Under the pieces are notes generated by a model that did no database searches, was not told the DNA's origin, and was given only the letters and a program-made list of their open reading frames with translations. Source: Actinomycetota bacterium (GTDB lineage Bacteria > Actinomycetota > CADDZG01 > WHSQ01). From it: a stretch of 64,000 nt of DNA. The stretch is taken from assembly GCA_050694055.1 (NCBI GenBank), contig JBOGWX010000053.1:6251-70250 (forward strand), given 5' to 3'. This document shows positions 39,473 through 47,778 of this stretch, piece by piece (positions within the stretch are counted from its first letter, which is position 1; every line of letters starts with the position of its first letter). The position numbers and the translations under genes were made by a program.

Positions 39473-40822
39473 CTAGTTCCCGGCTGCGCCAACGCGTGGG
39501 CGGAGGACGAACAGACCTCGGTCCATGCTGCTGACGGCAACGATCTTCCTGTGGCGGAAGTACGGGTAGTTGCTCCAGGTGCCGCCCTCGAACGTCGGGT
39601 TGTCGTTCTCCGGATACACGTCGAAGAACCCGACCTCGGAGAGCTCCGGCACGTCCACGTTGCTGCTGTCGAGGACGCGCAGGCCCGAGGTGTAGTTGGA
39701 CTGGTAGGTGAATCGACCCTCGGTGTAGAGGTTGTGGTCGATCGACGTCGTGTCGTTCTGCCACTCCAGTGTCATCTCCGGGTTCTCGAGATCACTCACG
39801 TCCCAGACCCGGGTCGTCGTGTTCAACCCGCGACGGACCTCGTCGAGCTCGTCGCCATGGAGGAAGAACTCCTGACCGGGAGCCAGCCACCCTTGGTGGC
39901 TGTAACCATCGTTCGGGTACTCCATGCGTGCAAGGGGAACGGGGTTCTCCTTGTCGGTGACGTCGACGATCGACAGAGCGTTTGCGATCCCGTCCGGATC
40001 GTCGTGGTGAGGCTCCGCGTTGGAGTTGAAGCAGATCTCCCTGGCGCGGTAGTCGCGATCCGGCCCCCCATAGATGACGCACTGGGTGTCGTGGATGTAG
40101 CCGTGCTCGTCGAAGCAGCCGGCGAAGGTGGGGTTGGTCGGGTCGCCGATGTCGACCATGTGCAAGCCACCCTCACAGGTGTTGGTACCGACGGCGTACG
40201 CATACCCGCTGCGGGTGTTGATGTTGAGGTTGTGCGAGTTCGAGAATCCAGGGTAGTGAGCCGTCTCGGTGAAGATCACCGGCGGACCCTCGACGCCCCG
40301 GACCTCGGTAAGGTCGAAGACCTGCATACCGTGACCCGTTTGCTCCGAGCCCACGAACATGTGGTCGTCGTAGACCTTGATGTCCCGCCAGAACGGACGG
40401 TTCGGGTCGAGCGTGTGCGCCGGAAGCGTCCCCACGACGTCGGGGCGCTTGGGATCGCTGATGTCTACGATCACCGTCCCCTCGGTCCCGCCGATGAGGG
40501 CGTAGTCCTTCCTATTCGTCGGATCCGTCCAGCCCCAGATGTCGTTGACGAAAGAAAGTCCGAGTTCCTCGAGCGGAACGCGACTCATCATGTCGACGCG
40601 CTCGCACGGATAGATGTCCGCCATGCCGTCCACGCAAGGCGCGAAGCTGTCCGGCTGGTTGCTGCGATCGGACGCGTTGGACGCCGCATCCTCGAAGTCA
40701 TCCTCCTGCTCCTGCGCGGGAAACGGCGCCTGGAAGTTGCCGTGGCCGGCAAAAGACGGAGCCAGGAATCCCAGGCTGGTCACTACCATCGTCAGCGCGA
40801 GCAGCGCCGATCGAACTCGCAT
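39473..40822 (-). CDS. Secreted choice-of-anchor-B / LVIVD-repeat beta-propeller family protein
   Basis: ORF 39473..41608 trimmed to ATG 40820-40822, with AAGGGGGG upstream. Signal peptide MRVRSALLALTMVVTSLGFLAPSFA. NDIWGWTDPTNRKDYALIGG and HGMQVFDLTEV match my memory of this family. Confidence 0.75.
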   Translation of the reverse strand: MRVRSALLALTMVVTSLGFLAPSFAGHGNFQAPFPAQEQEDDFEDAASNASDRSNQPDSFAPCVDGMADIYPCERVDMMSRVPLEELGLSFVNDIWGWTDPTNRKDYALIGGTEGTVIVDISDPKRPDVVGTLPAHTLDPNRPFWRDIKVYDDHMFVGSEQTGHGMQVFDLTEVRGVEGPPVIFTETAHYPGFSNSHNLNINTRSGYAYAVGTNTCEGGLHMVDIGDPTNPTFAGCFDEHGYIHDTQCVIYGGPDRDYRAREICFNSNAEPHHDDPDGIANALSIVDVTDKENPVPLARMEYPNDGYSHQGWLAPGQEFFLHGDELDEVRRGLNTTTRVWDVSDLENPEMTLEWQNDTTSIDHNLYTEGRFTYQSNYTSGLRVLDSSNVDVPELSEVGFFDVYPENDNPTFEGGTWSNYPYFRHRKIVAVSSMDRGLFVLRPRVGAAGN

Positions 40823-40959
40823 AAAAGCCCCCCTTTGGGCTAGGTGGCCGCACCCCTCGGCAGCCCGAATTCCGCATACTAGAGGCTTTCCTTCCCCCCG
40901 CCGGCAAGCCGCTCGCTCTGCTGGCCGGCGTCTCCACCCCTGCTCCTCGGGCCGACGCC

Positions 40960-41361
40960 TTAGGCGTCGGGAGCGAGCCGCGCGAAGAACTCCGCGCAGC
41001 GGGTCGCCTCGGAGTGCTCGCCGATCTCCGCCGCCGCGACACCCAGTCCTCGCAGCGAGCGAAGGAAGCCACGGTTCGGCTCGTGCGCCCAGGGGACCCG
41101 GCCGCTCCCACGCCAGCCCGCCCGGCGAATGCGGTCGAGCCCGCGGTGGTAGCCGACGCGAAAATAGGCGTAAGCCTCGACGTTTCGGCCCCCGTCCAAG
41201 GCGGACTCGCCGAGGGCGGCCCAGGCCGTCAGGCACTCCGGATACCTGCCGGCCACCGACGCGCGCGCGTCGAAGGACTCGGCTGCGGCCAGCGCTTCGA
41301 GCGACCCCCGGGGTTCTTCGATGGTCGTCTTTGCGGGTTCCGTTATAGGGAGCTCGGGCAT
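40960..41361 (-). CDS. DUF3151 family protein
   Basis: 133 aa. AYAYFRVGYHRGLDRIRRAGWRGSGRVPWAHEPNRGFLRSL is the conserved DUF3151 core as I recall it. Confidence 0.7.
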   Translation of the reverse strand: MPELPITEPAKTTIEEPRGSLEALAAAESFDARASVAGRYPECLTAWAALGESALDGGRNVEAYAYFRVGYHRGLDRIRRAGWRGSGRVPWAHEPNRGFLRSLRGLGVAAAEIGEHSEATRCAEFFARLAPDA

Positions 41362-41424
41362 GGCTGCATCGTATTGCCTTACCGCAAGGAAGCCTGCCGC
41401 CCGGCCTCGAGCGACCCCCGGTGG

Positions 41425-42036
41425 CTAGAGAGAGTCGACTTTGCCGTTGCCGGAGGCCCGCTCCCTGATCTCTCTCTGGCGCGTGATCGCGGCCGCCGCC
41501 CCGTCGAGCGCCTCGGCCAAGCGCCGTAGCCGTTCGTTCTCGGTGCGCATCTCCAGAAGCTCCTGCTTGAACTCGGCGCCGAAGTCGACTTGCGAGGCGA
41601 CGTCCCACGCGACTTCGTCCCCCGAGATCTCGACTGCGCTCGCGTCCGTGCCGGCCGCGGTGGCGACTCGCTCGAGCGCGCTCATACAGCCCGCCACGAG
41701 CTCGGGATCACCAACCGCTTCGTCATCGGCGAACGGTTGGATCTCCGCGGTGAGATAAGTGGTGCTCTCGGTTACGCGCGTCACCCTGAAGCGCTCACGT
41801 CCCTCCACCACGACGTCCATGCGACCGTCGTCGTAGCGGTTGAGCACCTCGACGACGCGCGCCGAGGTGCCGACCGTGCGCAGCTCGGTCTCCTCGGCGA
41901 GCAGGAGTCCGAACTCCTCGGACTTCTCGAGACACTCTCCGATCAGCTCCTTGTAGCGGTCCTCGAAGATGTGGAGGGGGACGCGCTCGCCCGGGAGCAA
42001 CACGACATTGAGAGTAAAGAGGCCGATCTCGCCCAT
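41425..42036 (-). CDS. LON N-terminal (substrate-binding) domain protein
   Basis: 203 aa. LFTLNVVLLPGERVPLHIFEDRYKELI is the Lon N-domain signature. No ATPase or protease domain. Confidence 0.8.
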   Translation of the reverse strand: MGEIGLFTLNVVLLPGERVPLHIFEDRYKELIGECLEKSEEFGLLLAEETELRTVGTSARVVEVLNRYDDGRMDVVVEGRERFRVTRVTESTTYLTAEIQPFADDEAVGDPELVAGCMSALERVATAAGTDASAVEISGDEVAWDVASQVDFGAEFKQELLEMRTENERLRRLAEALDGAAAAITRQREIRERASGNGKVDSL

Positions 42037-42062
42037 GGACCGACCCTATTCCGACGTTTGCT

Positions 42063-42812
42063 CTACCGGAAGCGCTGCTGGTCGCCGGCCGCGTAGGCGG
42101 CGACCGCATCGTCGATCGACTCGGCCCGCCGCAACCTGTCGAGCACCTCGTCCAGCCGGCGCGCGGGGATGGCACAGGTCATCTCGTGGCCGCCCATCTG
42201 GGTGCGAACCCGGCTCAACATGCAACCGATGCTGGCGGCGATAACGTTCTGCTCCTTGGCAAGGGCGATGATCTGACATTGCGGCTTGCCCTCGAGCGCC
42301 ATTTCGGGAACCGCGTCGTTCAAGATCATGAGCTGTTTGGGAGTGAGTCTCAGAAAGACGACGTCGGGGTCCACCGGCGTCTCCGCGAGCGGACCGTAGG
42401 TGACGTGCCCGAAGCCTCTCGACACCACTGGAATCTCTCCTACGTCGTCGATCCCAACCCAGCGCGACTCGAGCAACGCGGCGACGTCGGAGTTGCCCGC
42501 GACGTCCTCGAGTCGAGCGAAGCCGTGGGTCATTCGTCCCACGCTGCAGTTGCCGTGGTCCTCGGGAACGGTAGTGAAGGTGCGTGCGACCCCCTTCATC
42601 CAGAAGACGCAGGAGGCCGCAACCCTGCCCCTGCGACCGTCCTCGGCGGGCTCGGACATGGGCTCGTCGAACGCCGGGATGCCCTCGGGCGCACGGTCCG
42701 AAAAGCTGATCGCGAGCGGCTGCACCTCCAGCTTCAGCAAGGTGGTCAACTCCGCGGCAATACTTCTGTAGTCGTCTCGCACATCGCTCCTTCGCGCTAG
42801 TGGCTTGTTCAT
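42063..42812 (-). CDS. DUF169-like protein
   Basis: ORF 42063..42860 trimmed to ATG 42810-42812 (MNKPLARR...). Cys-containing segments ASCVFWMKG, HGNCSVG and PQCQIIA. The family call is from memory. Confidence 0.55.
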   Translation of the reverse strand: MNKPLARRSDVRDDYRSIAAELTTLLKLEVQPLAISFSDRAPEGIPAFDEPMSEPAEDGRRGRVAASCVFWMKGVARTFTTVPEDHGNCSVGRMTHGFARLEDVAGNSDVAALLESRWVGIDDVGEIPVVSRGFGHVTYGPLAETPVDPDVVFLRLTPKQLMILNDAVPEMALEGKPQCQIIALAKEQNVIAASIGCMLSRVRTQMGGHEMTCAIPARRLDEVLDRLRRAESIDDAVAAYAAGDQQRFR

Positions 42813-44215
42813 CAAAGAGCGCCGAACTGGCCCTCGGTCGGCTCCGCTCAGCAGAACCACGGCTCGGTCAGCCGTGGCCTCCCCTCCACGGACCCGACTT
42901 CGATGGGGTCGGCCGGCGTTTCGTCATCGGCTCCGGCGACGTCCATGACCACTCGGTAGATCTCGAGAAAGGTAGCGCCGGGAGGATCGCCCGAGTCGGT
43001 CGCGTGCTCGACGATCCGCGCTAGTTTGCGCTGCAGATAGTCAATCGCCTCATCCTCCGACCGCCAGGTGTAGGTCAGGTGCTCGGGGTCGTAGGGACCG
43101 AGATAGGGCTGCAGGTCGGGATGGGAGAGCAACAGCGACCCCTCCGGGAGCAGCAGACGTATCGCATACTGGACGACGTCGACGTTGGCGATCAGGTCCT
43201 GGGCGACGACGAAGTTCAGCAGGTCGGCCATGTCACGCCGCGTGGTCCACGGAGTGAACGGCAGGAACGAGGGCCGAATCTCGATCCCGTGCGCGCGCAG
43301 AAGCCGGATCGCCTCGATCGCCTGCGCGGTCGTATGGCCCTTGTCCAGCCGTTCGAGGATGACGTCGTTGGTCGTCTCCAGGGCGCACACCACGAACAGG
43401 CAGCCGCTCTCGGCCATCTCGGCCCATAGGTCCCGCCGTTCGAGCACGTGCTCCACCTTCGTGGTGATGTCGAACGTGAGGTGCGGCCAGCGCTCGTGCA
43501 GCGCGCGCACGATTCGCAGGGAGTGGCGCCACCCGTTCAGGAAATCGGGGTCGCCGAAGGTGATGTGCTCGGCCCCCATATCAACCAGTTGGTCGATGTC
43601 GGCAATCACTACGTCCGCGGGCACGAGACGAATCCGCCCGCCGTAGACGACCGGTACCGGGCAGTGACGACACTCGTGCGCGCATCCGTGACTCGCCTCG
43701 ACATAGCCGACCATGCGCTCGCCTCCATCCATTGCCAGATGCGCATAGCCGTCCAATCCCGGAAGCAGGTCACGCGCGGGGCGAACGAACGGGTCGTGAC
43801 CGAGTTGGATGAGCTCTTCCTCCGAGCCCGCGTCCGCGTGGGCTCCCCGTGCGAGCCGGTCCACCCAGGCGCCCAGACCTTGTTCGTACTCGCCCGCTAT
43901 GACCCTGTCGGCGCGCATGCCGACCGTCGCGTCCCGACCGACGGGCGCGTAAAGTCCGTAGAAGCAGACGGGGAGCTCGGGCCGTTGAGACTTGATCAGC
44001 TCGGCAGCCTTGATGCCCAGGCGCATCGCCGTGTGCATCGGTACCGAGATGCCGGCCGCGTGCGCCCACGCCACCGCCTCCGCGTCGAGCTTCTCAATCG
44101 AGAGGTCGAGGCAACGCACCTCGTGCCCGGCCTCCCTCAGCGCTCCTGCCGGAGACGCGACGTGCAAAGGCTGGTGTCCGAGCTCGTAGGTAGACAGCAG
44201 GAGGACTCGCATCAC
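42812..44215 (-). CDS. B12-binding-domain radical SAM protein, probable CUAEP-tail selenoprotein (in-frame UGA at 42848-42850)
   Basis: The track ORF 42848..44215 ends ...TEPWFC-TGA. Same-frame continuation reads GCG GAG CCG ... = C-U-A-E-P-TEGQFGAL and stops at TGA 42812-42814, overlapping the next gene's ATG. Radical-SAM cluster CAHECRHC. N-terminal Rossmann-like B12-binding region. Confidence 0.7.
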
Positions 44216-44295
44216 CTCAAGGTTAGCCGCATGCCTTCACCGTCTCGTCTCTCGGCGGGCCTCCGGAAAGCACCCGAGCACTTAGTCTGACGAGG

Positions 44296-45192
44296 GTGAA
44301 GGCCCGCACCGTCTCCATCGACGTCCCCCTCGACCTTCGGCTGACTCTGCGAGTGCTCCGTGAGGGGGCGGGTGATCCCTGTCTGCGACTCACGCCCACC
44401 GAGGCGCTGCGGACCACTCGCACCCCCGACGGACTCGCGACGCTGCACCTCGCGTTGAGCGGGACCCGGCTCGAGGGGCGCGCCTGGGGGCCGGGGGCCG
44501 GGTGGCTGCTGGAGCACCTCGACGACCTCGTGGGTCTTCACGACGACGGCGGCAACCTGCGGCCTGCTCACCGGCTCGTGCGGGAGCTGCACCTGCGACT
44601 GGCCGGCATGAGGCTGGGCCGGACCCTGCGGGTCTTCGAGGCGCTCCTCCCGGCGATCCTCGGGCAGCGGGTCACCGGAGAGGAGGCTACTCGCTCGTAT
44701 CGTGCCCTCGTCCGCCGTTACGGCGATCCCGCGCCGGGGCCGATCCCGCTCATGGCGCCGCCCTCGCCCGAGCTGCTCGCCGGGCTCGGCTACTACGAGC
44801 TCCACCCGCTCGGCATCGAGCGCAGGCGAGCCGGGACGATTCTGCGCGCGGCGGCCGAGGCTCCCCGGCTGGAGCGGCTCGTCGAGACCGACGCCACCGC
44901 CGCGCGGCGACGTCTCGAGGCGATTGCGGGGGTCGGCGCGTGGACCTCGGCACACGTGGCTCGTACGGCCCTGGGGGATCCCGACGCCGTGGTGGTGGGC
45001 GACTGGAACCTGCCCCACACGGTGGCTTACGCGCTGGCCGGAGAGGAGCGCGCCACCGATGAGCGGATGCTCGAGCTGCTCGCTCCCTACGCGGGCCAGC
45101 GCGGCCGGGTGCAACGACTCATCGCTACCGGCTGCGGGTGGGCCCCCAGGCGCGGGCCGAAGCACCGGATGCGCAACTTCGCAAGGACCTGA
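44296..45192 (+). CDS. DNA-3-methyladenine glycosylase II family (AlkA-like, HhH-GPD) protein
   Basis: 298 aa. HhH-GPD region LEAIAGVGAWTSAHVARTALGDPDAVVVGDWNL. Its last 81 nt lie inside the left direct repeat of the island. Confidence 0.8.
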   Translation: MKARTVSIDVPLDLRLTLRVLREGAGDPCLRLTPTEALRTTRTPDGLATLHLALSGTRLEGRAWGPGAGWLLEHLDDLVGLHDDGGNLRPAHRLVRELHLRLAGMRLGRTLRVFEALLPAILGQRVTGEEATRSYRALVRRYGDPAPGPIPLMAPPSPELLAGLGYYELHPLGIERRRAGTILRAAAEAPRLERLVETDATAARRRLEAIAGVGAWTSAHVARTALGDPDAVVVGDWNLPHTVAYALAGEERATDERMLELLAPYAGQRGRVQRLIATGCGWAPRRGPKHRMRNFART

Positions 45193-45210
45193 TCCGTCCG
45201 CTCAGGAGCC
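45112..45210. repeat. Left 99-bp direct repeat (attL-like): 3' end of the alkA-like gene plus 18 nt
   Basis: CAACGACTCATCGCTACCGGCTGCGGGTGGGCCCCCAGGCGCGGGCCGAAGCACCGGATGCGCAACTTCGCAAGGACCTGATCCGTCCGCTCAGGAGCC matches 57031-57129 at 96 of 99 positions by hand alignment. Confidence 0.9.
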
Positions 45211-45438
45211 GTCCTTCATCGGCCCAAAGCGGAAGTCACCAACCGTAGAAGCAACGGAACCTGCGCGAGGCTCGCCCTCGACGACTTGTGGAGGCACGGA
45301 TGGCGAACTCTCGTCGTAGTCGTGGATGGCCACTAATAGCGCCGGAGACAGGCTCACGAGTGCCAAAGTACGACCAGGAACAGGGCCGTCGCAAGGAACC
45401 CCGTAACGAATCTGCGCGGGTAGTAGCCGAAGGGAGTG

Positions 45439-45813
45439 CTAGCCAGCATTGCTTTCTTTGCCCTCGGGTGCAGCAAGTCGCCCAATGATGCGATTGATTC
45501 GCGACCAGTCATAGGGTGCCTCGTGATCTGTTCGTTCCTCGGCTTCGGTCTGAAGCTCGCGAAGAATAGGAAGCGCCTCCACGATCCCAAACTCGTCGAC
45601 GAGCGCCAAAGCATCGAACTGTTGGCGCGGCTCGGGCGACCGGAGCCATTCGCATATCACCTGTCGAGCAACAAGCTGCTTCTGGGCGTCGAACCTCCGA
45701 TAGAGCTTCATCAGTTCCATCAAGGCTCCATGGGACTCCTTCCTGTCCATGAACTCACGATCGACCCGGAACCAGTAGTCATTCATCTCACGCCGGAAGT
45801 CGTCGACGTTCAT
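45439..45813 (-). CDS. Hypothetical protein, putative immunity protein of cassette 3
   Basis: 124 aa, helical and acidic (MNVDDFRREMNDYWFRVDREF...). Its ATG overlaps the TGA of the upstream ORF (ATGA, 45810-45813). The role is inferred from position only. Confidence 0.5.
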   Translation of the reverse strand: MNVDDFRREMNDYWFRVDREFMDRKESHGALMELMKLYRRFDAQKQLVARQVICEWLRSPEPRQQFDALALVDEFGIVEALPILRELQTEAEERTDHEAPYDWSRINRIIGRLAAPEGKESNAG

Positions 45814-46289
45814 GGAGACACCACCTTTAGGAACTCAGGCGGTATCGAGTAGGGGAAGTGCAACTCGCAGCCTCCGCCTGGCATCCCGAAATTGCGGCCA
45901 ACCTGAGTGACCTGGGGAATCTCGTAGCCTGCTTGTCGGAGGCCTGCGAGATCAATTCTCAGTACAGCATCGCAGGCCACGTTGGGGCTTAGAGCCAGAT
46001 CAATATGGGCCTGCATCTGGGACAGCCGCCGCGGAGTGGCGTACGACCCGGCTCGGAGACCGGTCCTCTCAATCGACCCGACAGCTTGTCTCACAGTCCA
46101 GTGAAATGCCTCGTCACCCGCACTGATCGCCCTTGTGGCAACTAGTCCTTGAGAACCTGAGAGCGATTCCCCGCGAGACCCTCCACGATCCCCACTCCTG
46201 TCCCATGTGCGCTGGCATTGGTTGTGCTGCCGGGCGCGAGTCTCGCCCTGTGTCGTAGTCGTAGGTCGCTCGATCGGGTGTCGTTGCAT
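45810..46289 (-). CDS. Hypothetical protein, putative orphan toxin domain (cassette 3); 5' end uncertain or frameshifted
   Basis: 159-aa ORF. The C-terminal about 110 residues look globular (ATRAISAGDEAFHWTVRQAVGS...GGGCELHFPYSIPPEFLKVVSP). The N-terminal third is low-complexity and overlaps ORF 46114..46467 in another frame. Confidence 0.4.
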   Translation of the reverse strand: MQRHPIERPTTTTQGETRARQHNQCQRTWDRSGDRGGSRGESLSGSQGLVATRAISAGDEAFHWTVRQAVGSIERTGLRAGSYATPRRLSQMQAHIDLALSPNVACDAVLRIDLAGLRQAGYEIPQVTQVGRNFGMPGGGCELHFPYSIPPEFLKVVSP

Positions 46290-46422
46290 TCGAAGGCGCC
46301 GCTCGGACTAGAAGATCAAGAGGAGCGCCAGAGTGGATGAGGAATGGCGCTCCGAACAGGAGTAGCAAGACCATAAGGGCGCGAGTCGTAAACGTAGGTC
46401 GCAGCCGAAAAAGGTCGATCAT
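46114..46422 (-). CDS. Small TM-helix ORF, possibly the detached N-terminus of the cassette-3 toxin
   Basis: ATG 46420-46422 with GAGG 9 nt upstream (about -12 counted from its first base). MIDLFRLRPTFTTRALMVLLLLFGAPFLIHS resembles the TM N-terminus of ORF 46940..47548. It overlaps 45810..46289 by 176 nt in a different frame. Confidence 0.3.
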   Translation of the reverse strand: MIDLFRLRPTFTTRALMVLLLLFGAPFLIHSGAPLDLLVRAAPSNATTPDRATYDYDTGRDSRPAAQPMPAHMGQEWGSWRVSRGIALRFSRTSCHKGDQCG

Positions 46423-46442
46423 GGTTGCAGCCTCGATGCCGT

Positions 46443-46943
46443 TCATTCGAAGCTCGGCCTCAGCCAAAGACCGAGTAGCCGATCCTCGGAGACCCCCGCA
46501 ACGACATCTTGCGCGAACTCGATCGCGCTTTCAGGTTCGAGTGGTTGGTCGGAACCCAGTTGCACCCAGCCCGTGGCCGGATCGAGAACTGTCGACCATT
46601 CGCCGACTTCCACCAGAGCTTCCGAAACGCCGGGCTTTAGATCAAGCGAGGCGGTCGATATCTGACCTGGCTGCGCCTGAGGAATGAGGACCTCCGCCTC
46701 TTTCCACGTCTCCATAGGGTGATATCCCCACACGTAGAGGAAGCGGCCGGTCTCGACACCGACCTCAATTTGGAGTGACCCAACTAGGAGTGAAGTGGTG
46801 CCCTTTCCCCCCGCGGCCCTGGTCAGCCCATCGGGGTCTAAGGGTCGGAAATCGAACGCGTGATCCTCGCGAATGTAAGCGAGGAGTCCAGCTAGGACCG
46901 TATCCGTTGGATGCGCGAGCAGGGCATGCGTCATTGCCGTCAT
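46443..46943 (-). CDS. Hypothetical protein, putative immunity protein of cassette 2
   Basis: 166 aa. Its ATG overlaps the TGA of the upstream ORF (ATGA, 46940-46943). No family recognised. Confidence 0.5.
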   Translation of the reverse strand: MTAMTHALLAHPTDTVLAGLLAYIREDHAFDFRPLDPDGLTRAAGGKGTTSLLVGSLQIEVGVETGRFLYVWGYHPMETWKEAEVLIPQAQPGQISTASLDLKPGVSEALVEVGEWSTVLDPATGWVQLGSDQPLEPESAIEFAQDVVAGVSEDRLLGLWLRPSFE

Positions 46944-47548
46944 CCCCCACTCCGGAATAGGAAGTGAAGAACGGTGTTCGTGTTCGGGTCGACGACGAGC
47001 TGCCAGGTTCCCTGACTGCCCCCGTACGCCCCCGAGACATCCCAGCGAAGTGCCCCAGGGACCCCACCGGGATCGGGGATCGGATCAGCGGCCTCCATGA
47101 TCTCGCGCATCGTCAACCGAGAGTCCAAGTAGGGCCGCGCGGGTTGACCGGCCTTCGTGATGTCGTCTAGATGCCGACTAACTGTTCCCGAAAGTCGTAG
47201 CTCGGCTACGTCGATTCCGTGGCGTGTGAGCGACGCAGCCCCCTTTGTGGCATTTAGATGCGAAGGCTCAAGAACGGCGCGCTTCACTTTGCCTGCTGAA
47301 TTCCCCCGGCCCACTGCCGATGGCAGCTCAAGCGATGAATTCGACGTGGAAGAATCATCAAAGGTGGTCGAAGGCGCGAACCAAGTGGGCGAGTCGTAAC
47401 TGTCAATCGGCAGAGGGCCGACCGGAGCGACCGCCAAGACCACTAGGGTGACGGCTGCAAATAACCACGTTGTTAGTGCGTCAGCTCTATTCCTTAACGA
47501 ATCGTAGGCGTAAGCCGGCGTCCCGTAGCCGACCGGGAGCGCCTTCAT
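46940..47548 (-). CDS. Hypothetical membrane-anchored protein, putative toxin of cassette 2
   Basis: 202 aa. One N-terminal TM helix (WLFAAVTLVVLAVAPV), then a globular C-terminal domain (...SRHLDDITKAG...GTWQLVVDPNTNTVLHFLFRS). Its ATG overlaps the TGA of the DUF2283 gene. Confidence 0.5.
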   Translation of the reverse strand: MKALPVGYGTPAYAYDSLRNRADALTTWLFAAVTLVVLAVAPVGPLPIDSYDSPTWFAPSTTFDDSSTSNSSLELPSAVGRGNSAGKVKRAVLEPSHLNATKGAASLTRHGIDVAELRLSGTVSRHLDDITKAGQPARPYLDSRLTMREIMEAADPIPDPGGVPGALRWDVSGAYGGSQGTWQLVVDPNTNTVLHFLFRSGG

Positions 47549-47778
47549 GACCGGCCGCCTGGTGGCGGCGCGCTATCCAGCAGACTCTTGGGCAAGAACC
47601 TCGACGCGTCTAGGACTTCGACGCCGAGCAACCTTCCGTCAGCATCGAAGTCGAGGTTGATCTCACCGTTTACCTGCAGGGGGTCACAGGGGTAGGTCGT
47701 AGCCACGCCACCCGCGCCTATATCATCCACGAAATAGATATAGGCAGCGTCGACGCTTGAGTCGTACTCGATCCTCAT
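47545..47778 (-). CDS. DUF2283-family protein, cognate immunity/antitoxin for the RHS tip
   Basis: 77 aa. MRIEYDSSVDAAYIYFVDD...INLDFDADGRLLGVEVLDASRFLP is the DUF2283 pattern. Its ATG overlaps the RHS TGA (ATGA, 47775-47778). Confidence 0.8.
   Translation of the reverse strand: MRIEYDSSVDAAYIYFVDDIGAGGVATTYPCDPLQVNGEINLDFDADGRLLGVEVLDASRFLPKSLLDSAPPPGGRS

Noticed and set aside
39089-40843. 584-aa plus-strand ORF. The same class includes 6308..7639 (-), 13251..14708 (-), 44212..45165 (-), 48321..49337 (+), 49791..51908 (+), 52608..53696 (+) and 58797..59951 (+)
   Set aside because: All are antisense to genes with strong family signatures. Their translations are dominated by R/G/P/V/D runs with no motifs. 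They are GC-driven open frames, not genes.
40952-40970. Palindrome CCGACGCC-TTA-GGCGTCGG spanning the DUF3151 stop codon, considered as a terminator
   Set aside because: The stem is only 8 bp with a 3-nt loop, there is no U-tract, and the stop codon forms the loop. Too weak to call.
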